Of a DNA stretch of 32,000 bases, positions 18,431 through 28,140 are shown piece after piece (the first letter of the stretch is position 1; each line of letters begins with the position of its first letter). The translations under genes and the position numbers were made by a program. A model generated the notes under the pieces. That model worked only from the letters and a program-made list of their open reading frames with translations, searched no databases and was not told the DNA's origin. Origin of the DNA: Promethearchaeum syntrophicum (GTDB lineage: Archaea > Asgardarchaeota > Lokiarchaeia > Sigyniarchaeales > Promethearchaeaceae); the NCBI RefSeq assembly GCF_008000775.2, contig NZ_CP042905.2:3330001-3362000 (forward strand), written 5' to 3'.

Positions 18431-19993
18431 CTAAATATGATATTTTTTTCCTTTCTCTGGTTTTATCACTTCAATATCCTGAGGTAAATTCATTTCTGTA
18501 AAAATTTGGGCATTTTTTGTATGAATTGGAAAAATTTTCTGAGGATGGATTTCTTTAATCATTTCAATTAATTCCTCTCTGCGCATATGCCCAGAACAAT
18601 GAACTTGGTATACATTTGATTCCGGAATTTTAAATAAATTGAACCAATTCTTTAATTTACGTTCTTCAACATCTCCTTCGTCATCAAAAGGTTCACTTTT
18701 CGATAAAATAAAATAGGAACCTGCTACGGGATTAATGTCAAATAAGTCATTTAAAGAGTAAAAAGACATTTGAAGAACATATTTCCCCGGATTTTTTCGT
18801 ATCTCTTCAGCGTTAATTAGAAATGGTTTTTCCACATCCAAGGTTTCATAAACACTTTTTGCTCCAAGACAATCTTCTTCTTTCTTTTTTAAAATATTAA
18901 CGTATGACGGGCTATTGGTATAATCTTTTGCAGTATAAGTTCCAGATTTCTTCTTACTTAATAAAACGAAAATATCTTGAAGATAAACATCTGAAATTAT
19001 ACCTACTTCTATGCATGTCTTTAAGAGATCATATGATTTCGGGGAGAGAATTAGGATTTTCCCTGTATTTTTACAGGAATTATAGAAAGTTTGCAACCGC
19101 CAGACATCTCTTAAGGAACAGTCAAATAAAATTAACCTCTCGGATTCATTTTTCTGTGCATCTTGAATAACTTGTGTAATTTTTTTTCCTACTTCTTGTT
19201 CAGAAGAATATTCATTTCGATCTTCAGCAGGATCCGCGCGAGTTCCTTCGCAAATTAACACATCGGGTTTAAATTCTTTAGCTAATTTAATAAATTCTTC
19301 AGATTTTTCTTTTAGAGGCCCATGTTTTCTAATATCACCCGTATAAACTATTCTTTTATTCGAAATAGTATCGCGAATGAGATAAGCGCTCGCACCGGGT
19401 AAAGAATGATCGATTTCATATAATCTTATTTCTAATCCACTATCCGCACACATTAACGTTTCCCCCGAATCTAAACTTGTGATTTCTCTAAATATATTTT
19501 TCTTTGGTTTAGAACCAGGGATACTATAGGATAAAATATTGCTAAATAGGGAATTTGAATTTGTAGTTTGTTCAAATTGCTGTAAAACAAATTTTGTGGA
19601 TGTCGAACATACTAATTTAATTGATGGATGTAATAATTTTATATCCCCAATATGGTCAGAATGAGCATGACTAATTAAGATTTCTTTAATTATTTCGGGG
19701 TTCGTTGGTTTATCATCGAGTATTCCTTGATATCTGCACTCTTTTTCAATATTTTCATAGAGATCTTCACGATAAATTCCCTTCAGCTCTCCAAGGGGCT
19801 TTGGTAAATCACCTATAAAAATCCCATCAAGTAAACGGCGAAGTTTCCTAAGGGTAAGGAAAGAATGCAGGTAATCATGTGAGATTTGAAAACTCCATCC
19901 AAAATCAAGCAGAATACCTTTTCCTTTGCTTGATACCAAGGCAATTTTATTCCCACCGATTTCATTAACTCCACCAAAAAAAGACAAAGACAT
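18431..19993 (-). CDS. Metallo-beta-lactamase fold hydrolase, RNase J / beta-CASP-like
   Basis: GGVNEIGGNKIAL, HAHSDHIGDI, DHSLPGASAYLI, VYTGDIRKHG, VLICEGTRADP, VHCSGHMRREELIEMIKEIHPQKIFPIHT. Confidence 0.8.
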   Translation of the reverse strand: MSLSFFGGVNEIGGNKIALVSSKGKGILLDFGWSFQISHDYLHSFLTLRKLRRLLDGIFIGDLPKPLGELKGIYREDLYENIEKECRYQGILDDKPTNPEIIKEILISHAHSDHIGDIKLLHPSIKLVCSTSTKFVLQQFEQTTNSNSLFSNILSYSIPGSKPKKNIFREITSLDSGETLMCADSGLEIRLYEIDHSLPGASAYLIRDTISNKRIVYTGDIRKHGPLKEKSEEFIKLAKEFKPDVLICEGTRADPAEDRNEYSSEQEVGKKITQVIQDAQKNESERLILFDCSLRDVWRLQTFYNSCKNTGKILILSPKSYDLLKTCIEVGIISDVYLQDIFVLLSKKKSGTYTAKDYTNSPSYVNILKKKEEDCLGAKSVYETLDVEKPFLINAEEIRKNPGKYVLQMSFYSLNDLFDINPVAGSYFILSKSEPFDDEGDVEERKLKNWFNLFKIPESNVYQVHCSGHMRREELIEMIKEIHPQKIFPIHTKNAQIFTEMNLPQDIEVIKPEKGKKYHI

Positions 19994-20158
19994 TGAAATA
20001 AATAAATTACGATCGTTTTATAATTCGATCACCTAATCGAATACAAAAATCATCAAAATAGAAAAAAACTGAAATTATTATAATTGACGATTAAATTCTT
20101 CAATCTAAAATCAAAATGGTTTCAGCTTATTGTATAAAAAGGGAAAAAAATGAAATGT

Positions 20159-20803
20159 TTATAAAAAGGTCATTTCCTCTTCGTCTTCAAAATTTGTTTC
20201 CTCGCCAGGTTCCCGGGCAACATCGTATTCACGAACAGCATGATAAAGCTTTTCTACTGCTTCAGCTACTATTGCCTTTGTTTTTCCTCCAGTACAGACA
20301 ATTCTACCGGTTGAAAAGATTAAAAAGACGGTTTTTGGTTCTTGCATTCTATAAATTAGACCTGGGAACACTTCGGGCTCATACATAGAATATTCCATTA
20401 CTACCGCAGCCATGTTAAGATCTATGGAACATTTTAAATCTCCCGATGCAACTATATTTTGAATAATGATTCTAGGATTAGAAATTTTTATTTTACATTT
20501 AGATATTCGCTTGATAACATCATCTACTACAGTTGGAGCCTCGGCCGCACGTCTCATTCCTGTTACGACCATTTTTCCTGTGGAAAACACTAATATTGTA
20601 GCTTTTGGTTCAACTATTCGCATAACTAAACCAGGAAATCGTTCAGGATTGTATTCTACATCAGGATACTTACGAGCAATAACGTTTAAATCCATCTTCT
20701 CTTCGATATCAACAACAACTGTGGCTACAACGTTCTCTATCTTGTATGTAAATTTTTCATCAGGATTATCTACCGGTTTTTCTTCAGATTTTTTAGCAGT
20801 CAT
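20159..20803 (-). CDS. tbp: TATA-box-binding protein
   Basis: Two-fold repeat: NPERFPGLVMRIVEPKATILVFSTGKMVVTG and YEPEVFPGLIYRMQEPKTVFLIFSTGRIVCTGGKT. Acidic C-terminal tail. Confidence 0.97.
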   Translation of the reverse strand: MTAKKSEEKPVDNPDEKFTYKIENVVATVVVDIEEKMDLNVIARKYPDVEYNPERFPGLVMRIVEPKATILVFSTGKMVVTGMRRAAEAPTVVDDVIKRISKCKIKISNPRIIIQNIVASGDLKCSIDLNMAAVVMEYSMYEPEVFPGLIYRMQEPKTVFLIFSTGRIVCTGGKTKAIVAEAVEKLYHAVREYDVAREPGEETNFEDEEEMTFL

Positions 20804-21144
20804 TTTTGCAGTTCACCTAAAAAAATTTTCTAATTCATTATTTAAGGATTTTTATTTAAGTCATATTTAAATAACGATCTATCTATTTAAAGGGCAAATG
20901 GTTTATAAAGTCTACTTTTTTAAGGGAAGTTCACTACCTATAGCTGTCAATTAGAATTAATATGTTATCAAAAATAAGCAGTTTTATCAAATTGGTTTTA
21001 TATAAGCATATTAATCATAAATATCTTAATAATCGATAGAAATTTTCAACAAATCAATTAAAATTTATAAATTTTAAATAAGAAATAAAGAGGAAAAGCG
21101 AATTTTATATTAAATTTCAATCTGAATCCTTCATTCAAAAGCTA

Positions 21145-21855
21145 TTATATAGTTAAACCCCTAATAACATAATTTGAAATCAAAATTTCGATATAAATCA
21201 ATAACAGACCAAGAAAAAGTGTAATTATACCATACCATGTCCCAATTTTTTTGTAAATCTGTGTTTGTTTTCCATAACTTTCCTTGCCTGAAAGCGAGTT
21301 ATATATGAATTTTACAAATGTAAACCAGGTTCCCAAACATAATAAGGAAATAATGATGACTTCGATATACATTGTAATTGGAAGATTTAATTGAGCGCCA
21401 TTTTCTAAGATGTTTCCGTCAATATCTAAAAAATATGGAAACCAAAAATATACTATCCTAATTGCAAAATATATTCCAAAAGGTGTAATTCCCGCAAAAA
21501 TTACATAGATAAACATAAGATATGAAAAAATCACGGTAATTTCAGCAAGATACACAGCATCTAAATCAAAACCACCTATAATCCAAGATAAAAAATAAGA
21601 ACCCGAAACGATAAACATCGAAAGCAAAACTGTTCCTTCAAAATTTCGATTGAAATGCAGTAATGGATTGGGATTCCTTTCATTAAAAATAGTTAGTTTA
21701 ATAATTAGGATATGAATGGCTAAAATGAGTAACATATAAATGGGGGTTAATGTATGAAGAAAAGCTAAGAAAAAGGTTATGATTGCTAATCCGACGAGAA
21801 CAAGAGTGGAAATTTCTTCACGCACATGAGGAATTTTTTTAACCAACACATTCAT
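21145..21855 (-). CDS. Polytopic membrane protein, unknown function
   Basis: 236-aa ORF with about 6-7 hydrophobic segments; no diagnostic motif recognised. Confidence 0.6.
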   Translation of the reverse strand: MNVLVKKIPHVREEISTLVLVGLAIITFFLAFLHTLTPIYMLLILAIHILIIKLTIFNERNPNPLLHFNRNFEGTVLLSMFIVSGSYFLSWIIGGFDLDAVYLAEITVIFSYLMFIYVIFAGITPFGIYFAIRIVYFWFPYFLDIDGNILENGAQLNLPITMYIEVIIISLLCLGTWFTFVKFIYNSLSGKESYGKQTQIYKKIGTWYGIITLFLGLLLIYIEILISNYVIRGLTI

Positions 21856-21906
21856 ACTAAATTACTTAATTAATAATTGTAAATAAGCATTAAATAAGCA
21901 TTAAAT

Positions 21907-22500
21907 ATGAATATCAAAAGCACTTTTTCCAAGAAAAAAATTCTAAATGGAGAAAACATCGATTTAATAAAATCGATAGTCGACCATAGTCCAAGTCTCT
22001 ATCAACAGATCAAATCCCCCGGTGTTTTGGAAAACTTAACTATAGATATTGAAGATCAATTCGAGTTTAAAAAATATCTCATATATATCGAGAACCAATG
22101 GAATCTTAATCATGATTTCACTTTTACTATCTGCAAGAAAGGTGTAAAAAACAATCCCAAGCAAACTTTTATCGGACAAGTAAGCATATATGGTATGAAT
22201 TTTCTTCATTCTCGAGCGGAAGTAGGTATTTGGGTAGGCAGAGCACATTGGAATAATGGTTATGCAAAACAAGCACTTGAAATGATAATTTCACATGCAT
22301 TTCTAGATATTCATTTAAATAGGTTACAAGCCCATATTTTCACCCAAAATGATTCTTCGATTCGAGTATTTGAAAAATTAGGGTTTAAAAGAGAAGGTTT
22401 AAATGAACTATACGTAAAAAAAACTAATGGGGATTTTAATGATGTATATGTTTATGCACTCCTTTTTCAAAATTGGGGAAAAAACCAATTAAAAATATGA
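21907..22500 (+). CDS. GNAT-family N-acetyltransferase (RimJ/RimL-like)
   Basis: AEVGIWVGRAHWNNGYAKQALEMIISHAFLDIHLNRLQAHIFTQNDSSIRVFEKLGFKREG. Confidence 0.88.
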   Translation: MNIKSTFSKKKILNGENIDLIKSIVDHSPSLYQQIKSPGVLENLTIDIEDQFEFKKYLIYIENQWNLNHDFTFTICKKGVKNNPKQTFIGQVSIYGMNFLHSRAEVGIWVGRAHWNNGYAKQALEMIISHAFLDIHLNRLQAHIFTQNDSSIRVFEKLGFKREGLNELYVKKTNGDFNDVYVYALLFQNWGKNQLKI

Positions 22501-22551
22501 ATTAAATAAAAAAAAAAAAGGTTTTTTGAAATTAAACATAGAATAAAATAT

Positions 22552-23250
22552 ATGAAATTTTCCAAGGATGTTTACATTTTCGTCCTTCCACTTTTAATTT
22601 TAGACATTGCTTGGCACATTTATTCCTTGCCGACAATTTATAATCAATGGCTCTATTTCTTTGTGATAACATTTCCGACAAGTGTAGGACTAATTTTACT
22701 CGCCTCTTTGTTTAGGGATCCTGATAGAATTCCTGATTCAAATTACATAGAAGGGAAAACAATTTTAAGCCCTGCAGACGGAGAACTCTGTGGTCTTGAA
22801 GAAGAGGACGGCAATACAGCAATATATGTTGAAATGCATTATTATAATGTTCATGTATCAAGGGCACATTTACCAGGGAAAGTAACAAAAATCACGCGAG
22901 GCAAAGGTAAACACCATTTGGTATATTTTATAAATAAAAACTTACATCCTGATACTAATGCTATTCGTAAAAATGCTCGGGTTATTATTGATCTTGAAGA
23001 CAATGAGGGAAATCCATTCAAAGTCTTCTTGATATGTGGCGCATTTTTTAGACGAGCGCAACCTTATGTAAAAGTGGGAGATAAAATAACCGAAGGGCAA
23101 AGAATTGGAGTAATAGCGTTTGGAAGCACAGTTAAAATTACTTTACCGGGTAAAAATTATCGAATGATTGCCAAATTTGGTGATAAATTGAAAGGTGGTA
23201 AAACTATTCTTTGTGAAAGATCAAATGAACCAATTATCATGGAGAAATAA
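22552..23250 (+). CDS. Phosphatidylserine/archaetidylserine decarboxylase, short form
   Basis: ILSPADGELC, VEMHYYNVHVSRAHLPGKV, and the pyruvoyl cleavage-type motif VIAFGSTVKITLP. Hydrophobic N-terminal segments. Confidence 0.88.
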   Translation: MKFSKDVYIFVLPLLILDIAWHIYSLPTIYNQWLYFFVITFPTSVGLILLASLFRDPDRIPDSNYIEGKTILSPADGELCGLEEEDGNTAIYVEMHYYNVHVSRAHLPGKVTKITRGKGKHHLVYFINKNLHPDTNAIRKNARVIIDLEDNEGNPFKVFLICGAFFRRAQPYVKVGDKITEGQRIGVIAFGSTVKITLPGKNYRMIAKFGDKLKGGKTILCERSNEPIIMEK

Positions 23251-23253
23251 TCA

Positions 23254-24090
23254 ATGACTAAAGAAAATAATATTGAGTTAGAGGATTATTTAAATTCTTG
23301 GCTTGATCAAATGATGGAAGTTTATGGGGGAATATTAAAAGAGTGGGAAGAGTTTGATATTGTCAAACCCGTTCCAGGGGCTCATGTAGAATTCAATTGT
23401 AATAATTGCGGTAAATGTTGTGAATTTGTAAACCACTGGGTGTGGGTATATCCTTCAGATATGGTTAAATGGCTTCAAAATTTAAATTCTGAAAAAATTA
23501 TACCTCTATTATTAGGGACTCTCTTTCCTGTTCAAGATTATGATGATGTGATAGGTTATGGACTCCCATCTCAAAAAGCAATCTATGAAAAATTTAACCA
23601 GTTTATAAAGCTCCATAAAAAATCAAAGCATAAGCAAATAGTATTAAAGAGCATATTGAAAAAAATTGCCCAAATAAATTCAACGTTTAATAAAAATTCG
23701 GATTATTGCATTTTCTATAATGCTAATTCTGATCAACACTGCTTGATTTATGATTTTCGACCGATTCAATGCCAAGTATTTCCATTGGACTATCCTCAGT
23801 TTACCTCTATTGAAATACCTGAAAATTTAAAAAATAAATATGGGACATTTAAAGATGATAATGAGGATTTGCCAGTGTGTCCTAAAGAGACCTATACAAA
23901 CGGAGATCCTTTGAAAGGTATAATGGTTAGTGAGGATGAAAGAGATTTAGTCGCAATGGAAAAAGCTAATTACCTAACATCCTATGTTACAAAGGATTGG
24001 CAGGATACAGATATATCAGAAATATTAATTGAGATTTTTAGTAAAGAAATTTTAAAATTGGTTGAAGAGAAAAATGTCAGAAAACCCTGA
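23254..24090 (+). CDS. YkgJ-type zinc/iron-chelating Cys-cluster protein
   Basis: FNCNNCGKCCEFVNHWVWVYPSDM...YCIFYNANSDQHCLIYDFRPIQCQVFPLDYP. 3 nt after the decarboxylase stop. Confidence 0.75.
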   Translation: MTKENNIELEDYLNSWLDQMMEVYGGILKEWEEFDIVKPVPGAHVEFNCNNCGKCCEFVNHWVWVYPSDMVKWLQNLNSEKIIPLLLGTLFPVQDYDDVIGYGLPSQKAIYEKFNQFIKLHKKSKHKQIVLKSILKKIAQINSTFNKNSDYCIFYNANSDQHCLIYDFRPIQCQVFPLDYPQFTSIEIPENLKNKYGTFKDDNEDLPVCPKETYTNGDPLKGIMVSEDERDLVAMEKANYLTSYVTKDWQDTDISEILIEIFSKEILKLVEEKNVRKP

Positions 24091-24559
24091 TCCGATTTTA
24101 ACCATTGTTGAACTTTTGAAAAATCAAAATCTTTCAAAATACTCTAATCAAATAAAGGAAACTGATTTTTGGAAAAAAATCATACCATTAAAGCTAAAAA
24201 AATTTGAAAAGACAGGGGATTTTGAATTTATTTTTGAAGTGGATGATTCAATATCTTTGGATCCTTCAAGTTATATTGTTCGAGATTTCAAAACTGCGGG
24301 AATTATTTCCGTGACAGATAAAGGAATGCAAAGATCAAAAGGAAATTTATGGGAAGTCAAAATTACACTTACTCAACCTCAAGCATTTGTATTTGCTAGA
24401 GTTAGGGGACGAGATGTGGAGAATTCCCTTAAAGTTGGAATTTTTGTGATGGAAATTCAATTTGATCATTCATTGTTGGATGGATTTGGACGGGATGGAA
24501 TTCTTTTTGCAGTTCGTGTTAAACTTAGAGATTTATTAAAAAAAGCAGCTCAAAATTAA
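24074..24559 (+). CDS. Hypothetical protein, unknown function
   Basis: Track opens at TTG 24062, but ATG at 24074 is a more likely start. It overlaps the upstream YkgJ ORF end by 17 nt. Compact alpha/beta sequence, no family recognised. Confidence 0.6.
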   Translation: MSENPDPILTIVELLKNQNLSKYSNQIKETDFWKKIIPLKLKKFEKTGDFEFIFEVDDSISLDPSSYIVRDFKTAGIISVTDKGMQRSKGNLWEVKITLTQPQAFVFARVRGRDVENSLKVGIFVMEIQFDHSLLDGFGRDGILFAVRVKLRDLLKKAAQN

Positions 24560-24606
24560 CAACAATATAATTGTAAAATTAAATTTAAAATAAAACTAAT
24601 ACTATA

Positions 24607-25116
24607 GTGAATTGTATGCCAATTAAACTAAACTGGATTAAAGGGAAGAATCTAGGTCTTTCCCTTATATTTTTAGGAATGATGACATTATTACAGGTAT
24701 TGTTTATATTAATAGCTCAATATGCTTTATCGATTGGATCAATATATTCAGTAATATTAGTACCTATTGGTGTAATAATCGCTACTTTTTATGCTACTTT
24801 AGTAATTTTTGAATCAAAAACTGAAATGAGTCAATATCGAGGTAATTTTCAGAAAAGAAAGCAGAAAACCCAAAAAAAAGCCCAAAAATCAAATAAATTA
24901 AAAGAAATTTTAAGCAAGATAAATTGGGTTTATGCAAGACCAGTTCTGATTATTGCAGCAATTTTCATTGGTGGTTTTTGGATAACTTATCTAATAATTT
25001 TTTCATTATTTGAAGATCAAACAGTTGTTTATGTGATCGCTGAAATTGTAGGCGCAATTTTATCCTTGGTTTTTGCCACATATATTGAAACTTCAACTTT
25101 TAGAAAAACCCGATGA
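24607..25116 (+). CDS. Small membrane protein with two TM hairpins, unknown function
   Basis: 169 aa: hydrophobic LGLSLIFLGMMTLLQVLFILIAQYALSIGSIYSVILVPIGVIIATFYATLVIF, basic cytoplasmic loop, then VLIIAAIFIGGFWITYLIIF and VIAEIVGAILSLVFATYI. Confidence 0.55.
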   Translation: MNCMPIKLNWIKGKNLGLSLIFLGMMTLLQVLFILIAQYALSIGSIYSVILVPIGVIIATFYATLVIFESKTEMSQYRGNFQKRKQKTQKKAQKSNKLKEILSKINWVYARPVLIIAAIFIGGFWITYLIIFSLFEDQTVVYVIAEIVGAILSLVFATYIETSTFRKTR

Positions 25117-26343
25117 TTTTTTTTCAATTTCATTATCTTTTTGTAGTAAATAATCCCAAGTAATTTTCAAGCATCCTTCTACAACTGATGGGTCAATAAA
25201 TTCAACAGTATCGTTTCGAGTATGGTAAACCAATCCTTCTCGAATGATATTAGTGGGCATGGCAATAATAGTTGTAGCAGGAATTCCGATTCGGGCACTC
25301 TCTGCCGCATCAGTAGCACCACCACCAAAGATCATCTTAAATTTATGTAATGAGATGTTATTTTGTGTTCCAATTTCTATTAATTCTTCAACCATTTCGT
25401 GAGATAAGGGAATTAAGCCGTTGATATCATCTGTCAAAATATGAAATTCATCAAAGTTGTATAGACTATCAAAATTTAAATGATAAGTGGGAATTTTATG
25501 GAGATCTTCATAATGTTCTTTCATAAATGCCGCAGAACCCCGTAATCCTGCTTCCTCAGAATCAAAACTAATTAAAATTACACGAGTATGTTTCAAGAAT
25601 TTTGAATTTGTTTGTTTAAGGGATGCAAGATAATTTCCTAATTCAACAATCATAACTGATGCAATTAAATTATCCCCCGCACCAGGCGTCCCTTTTCTAC
25701 TTAATATAAAAAAATAATAAAGCACGAAAGGAATACCAATGATAAAAACACCGAGTATTATTGGGGATGAGGTTATTTGAAAATTTCCTAAAAGTGATAT
25801 AATGATTACAAAAATTGTAAAAAGATAAAATAGATAAGGAATTAGAATTACGGGAGCATATAATTTCTGAAAAGGCGATGCTAAAATTCGAATTTCGCGT
25901 GCACTATCATGATGACCAGAGAGGATTATCTGTTGACGAACATCATGTAGTGGTTCAATGGTTCCGTAAATGTTTTTACCATTTTTTTTCGGAAAAAATC
26001 CATCAAAAGTATGCTTATAAAATCCGAAAATAATGACCATCATGATAATTCCAAAGAGTAATCCTATCAATGATAGAATTACCCAATAAGATTTTAAATA
26101 TAAAAGAAATAAACTAAGAAAAAACATTATTGGCAGAATTTTAATATAGAAACTGAAGGAATCTGGATGAACATTAAAATCTTCAATTTTCGTTTTATCA
26201 CAGAATTCTGAAAGACTAAGAGCAATCTTTTCTGCGACCTTTTGACAAGAATCTGAACCTGTTAATCGCGGACCGAATTGCCTAATAAATTCATCGGTTT
26301 GTTCAAGACTTTTTTTTGCTAAACCCGAAAAATCTATTTGCAT
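25093..26343 (-). CDS. M28-family metallopeptidase with membrane segments
   Basis: LSGHHDSAREI, GTPGAGDNLIASVMIVEL, ILISFDSEEAGLRGSAAFM, LNFDSL, VYHTRNDTVEFID, a full set of M28 ligand motifs, plus four hydrophobic segments. Confidence 0.88.
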   Translation of the reverse strand: MQIDFSGLAKKSLEQTDEFIRQFGPRLTGSDSCQKVAEKIALSLSEFCDKTKIEDFNVHPDSFSFYIKILPIMFFLSLFLLYLKSYWVILSLIGLLFGIIMMVIIFGFYKHTFDGFFPKKNGKNIYGTIEPLHDVRQQIILSGHHDSAREIRILASPFQKLYAPVILIPYLFYLFTIFVIIISLLGNFQITSSPIILGVFIIGIPFVLYYFFILSRKGTPGAGDNLIASVMIVELGNYLASLKQTNSKFLKHTRVILISFDSEEAGLRGSAAFMKEHYEDLHKIPTYHLNFDSLYNFDEFHILTDDINGLIPLSHEMVEELIEIGTQNNISLHKFKMIFGGGATDAAESARIGIPATTIIAMPTNIIREGLVYHTRNDTVEFIDPSVVEGCLKITWDYLLQKDNEIEKKSSGFSKS

Positions 26344-26414
26344 AATATAACAGAAGGTAGAAATAAATAAAAATTTAAGTCAACAATATTAATTGTCATT
26401 GAAAGGTGATTTTT

Positions 26415-27077
26415 ATGTCGGAAATAGTGTGTCCCCATTGCGGTTCTACAAAAAAAGTTTTAGCGCGTGATAAGATAATAAATTGTGATTTTTGTGGATC
26501 TTCTTTAAGTGAAATTGCAAAAGAATTTTTGTATAATGCCGAAGAAGAGAAAAAACAGCAAAATTTCACTCCTCCTGTTTATCAAAATATGCCTTCTTTT
26601 CCAATCTCTCAAAAACTTCAGAAATCTCAATTAAAAAGCGCCCAACCACGACAATTCCCTTTTCGATTTAGAAATAAACCTAAAGATCCTTCTCTATCAA
26701 AAGAAGCGTTTTTATATTTTCCTCAGATCAATCAAAAGGTAATTATCCCATCAAAAGAATCTGTTTTTTATTTTGGACGCAATGCTATCCTGCCTCTGGT
26801 AAATCCAAATGAGTTCGATATTGAATGGTTAAATTCAATTTCTAGAATTAGGAAACAGAACAATAAAATATTTAAATATCATTTTATTATAAGACGGGAT
26901 AAAAAAGGAATATTTTCTATAGAAGACACAGAAAGTCGCTGGGGAACTTGGCTCAATCGTACACAGATTAAAGGAAAGGGAAAAAAATCCTTAAAAAATG
27001 GTGATAAAATCGAACTTATGCTCTCAAAACCAAATGTAAAAAATGTTTTTCCATTTGTAATAAAATTCAATCACTAA
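26415..27077 (+). CDS. N-terminal zinc ribbon plus C-terminal FHA-like domain
   Basis: CPHCGSTKKVLARDKIINCDFCGS, a Pro/Gln/Lys-rich linker, then FYFGRN...IRKQNNKIFKYHFIIRRDKKGIFSIEDTESRWGTWLNRTQIKGKGKKSLKNGDKIEL. Track opens at GTG 26406; ATG at 26415. Confidence 0.72.
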   Translation: MSEIVCPHCGSTKKVLARDKIINCDFCGSSLSEIAKEFLYNAEEEKKQQNFTPPVYQNMPSFPISQKLQKSQLKSAQPRQFPFRFRNKPKDPSLSKEAFLYFPQINQKVIIPSKESVFYFGRNAILPLVNPNEFDIEWLNSISRIRKQNNKIFKYHFIIRRDKKGIFSIEDTESRWGTWLNRTQIKGKGKKSLKNGDKIELMLSKPNVKNVFPFVIKFNH

Positions 27078-27091
27078 TTTTTTAAAAAACA

Positions 27092-28123
27092 TTAATAAAT
27101 TTTTGTGATTTCATCGATTGGTGAGTATTTTAATGGTTTAATCTCACCATTATCATATTTAACAGAAAATATCCCGTGATTTTTAGTTAAATTACCTATT
27201 TCTGCAGCTTGAATATTATTTTTATTTAAAAAGGAGACGATCTGACCTACATTCTCTTTAGGAACTGCCACTAGAAGAGCTCCAGAAGCAATTAGTCCAA
27301 ATGGATCCAATTCATAAAACTTACATAATTCTTCAGTACCTGAAATTAAAGGAATTGTTGAATAATCTAACATTACTCCACAATTACTGTTTTGAGCCAT
27401 TTCAACTATACCCATCGCTAATCCTCCCTCAGTTGGATCATGCATTGCATGAACAGTAAAATTTCCGTGTAATAATTGGGCTTCTTTAACAATGCTGATT
27501 CCAGGAGAATTTAGAAGATTTTGACAATTTTTGATTAGTTGAGGGTTAAAATTATGTTGAATTAAATCCTTTTCTTTTTCTTTTGAAATAATATAAGAAC
27601 CCTCAATTGCAATCCCTTTTGTAAGGATTAAGGCATCACCGGGTTTTCCTCCAAAGGTTGTTATCAAATCTTCTTTTTTAACTTCCCCCCACATCATCCC
27701 GCATATAATAGGACGATCCAATCCTACAGTTATCTCTGTGTGCCCTCCAGTTATTGTAATACCGAATTCATCACATTTAGTGCGCATATCTGAGAAAATG
27801 GTATCAACAAGGATCTCATCTGTTTTATTTTCTGGGAGAAGAACTGTTGGTTGGAATCCTATCGGTTTAGCTCCAGATGTAACAATATCATTTGCATTTA
27901 TATTTACAACGTAGGATCCGATAGATTCTGAGGTAAAAGTGATAGGATCCGATTTAGTTACTAAGTATTTATCCCCTATATCGATAACCGCTACATCCTG
28001 ACCAGCATGGGGTCCAAAAATAATTTTTCTTCCAGATTCAAGTTTTTTATCAGGATTTAGATATTTTTCGATAATTTTTTCCATAAAAGACATAGGAAGT
28101 TTTCCGGGGGGAAATCTTGGCAT
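27092..28123 (-). CDS. AIR synthase-related (PurM/HypE-like) protein
   Basis: FPPGKLPMSFMEKIIEKY, GPHAGQDVAVIDIGDKYLVTKSDPITFTSE, NANDIVTSGAKPIGF, GGHTEITVGLDRPIICG, HDPTEGGLAMGIVEMA. Confidence 0.88.
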   Translation of the reverse strand: MPRFPPGKLPMSFMEKIIEKYLNPDKKLESGRKIIFGPHAGQDVAVIDIGDKYLVTKSDPITFTSESIGSYVVNINANDIVTSGAKPIGFQPTVLLPENKTDEILVDTIFSDMRTKCDEFGITITGGHTEITVGLDRPIICGMMWGEVKKEDLITTFGGKPGDALILTKGIAIEGSYIISKEKEKDLIQHNFNPQLIKNCQNLLNSPGISIVKEAQLLHGNFTVHAMHDPTEGGLAMGIVEMAQNSNCGVMLDYSTIPLISGTEELCKFYELDPFGLIASGALLVAVPKENVGQIVSFLNKNNIQAAEIGNLTKNHGIFSVKYDNGEIKPLKYSPIDEITKIY

Positions 28124-28140
28124 AACTTATAATATGTATT

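Noticed and set aside
20116-20870. Plus-strand ORFs 20116..20388 and 20466..20870 opposite tbp
   Set aside because: Tbp is unambiguous on the minus strand; the opposite frames are mirror artefacts of its codon usage.
20804-21144. AT-rich gap upstream of tbp considered as a possible RNA gene or small array
   Set aside because: No regularly spaced direct repeats and no recognisable structured RNA; likely promoter and 3' UTR sequence.
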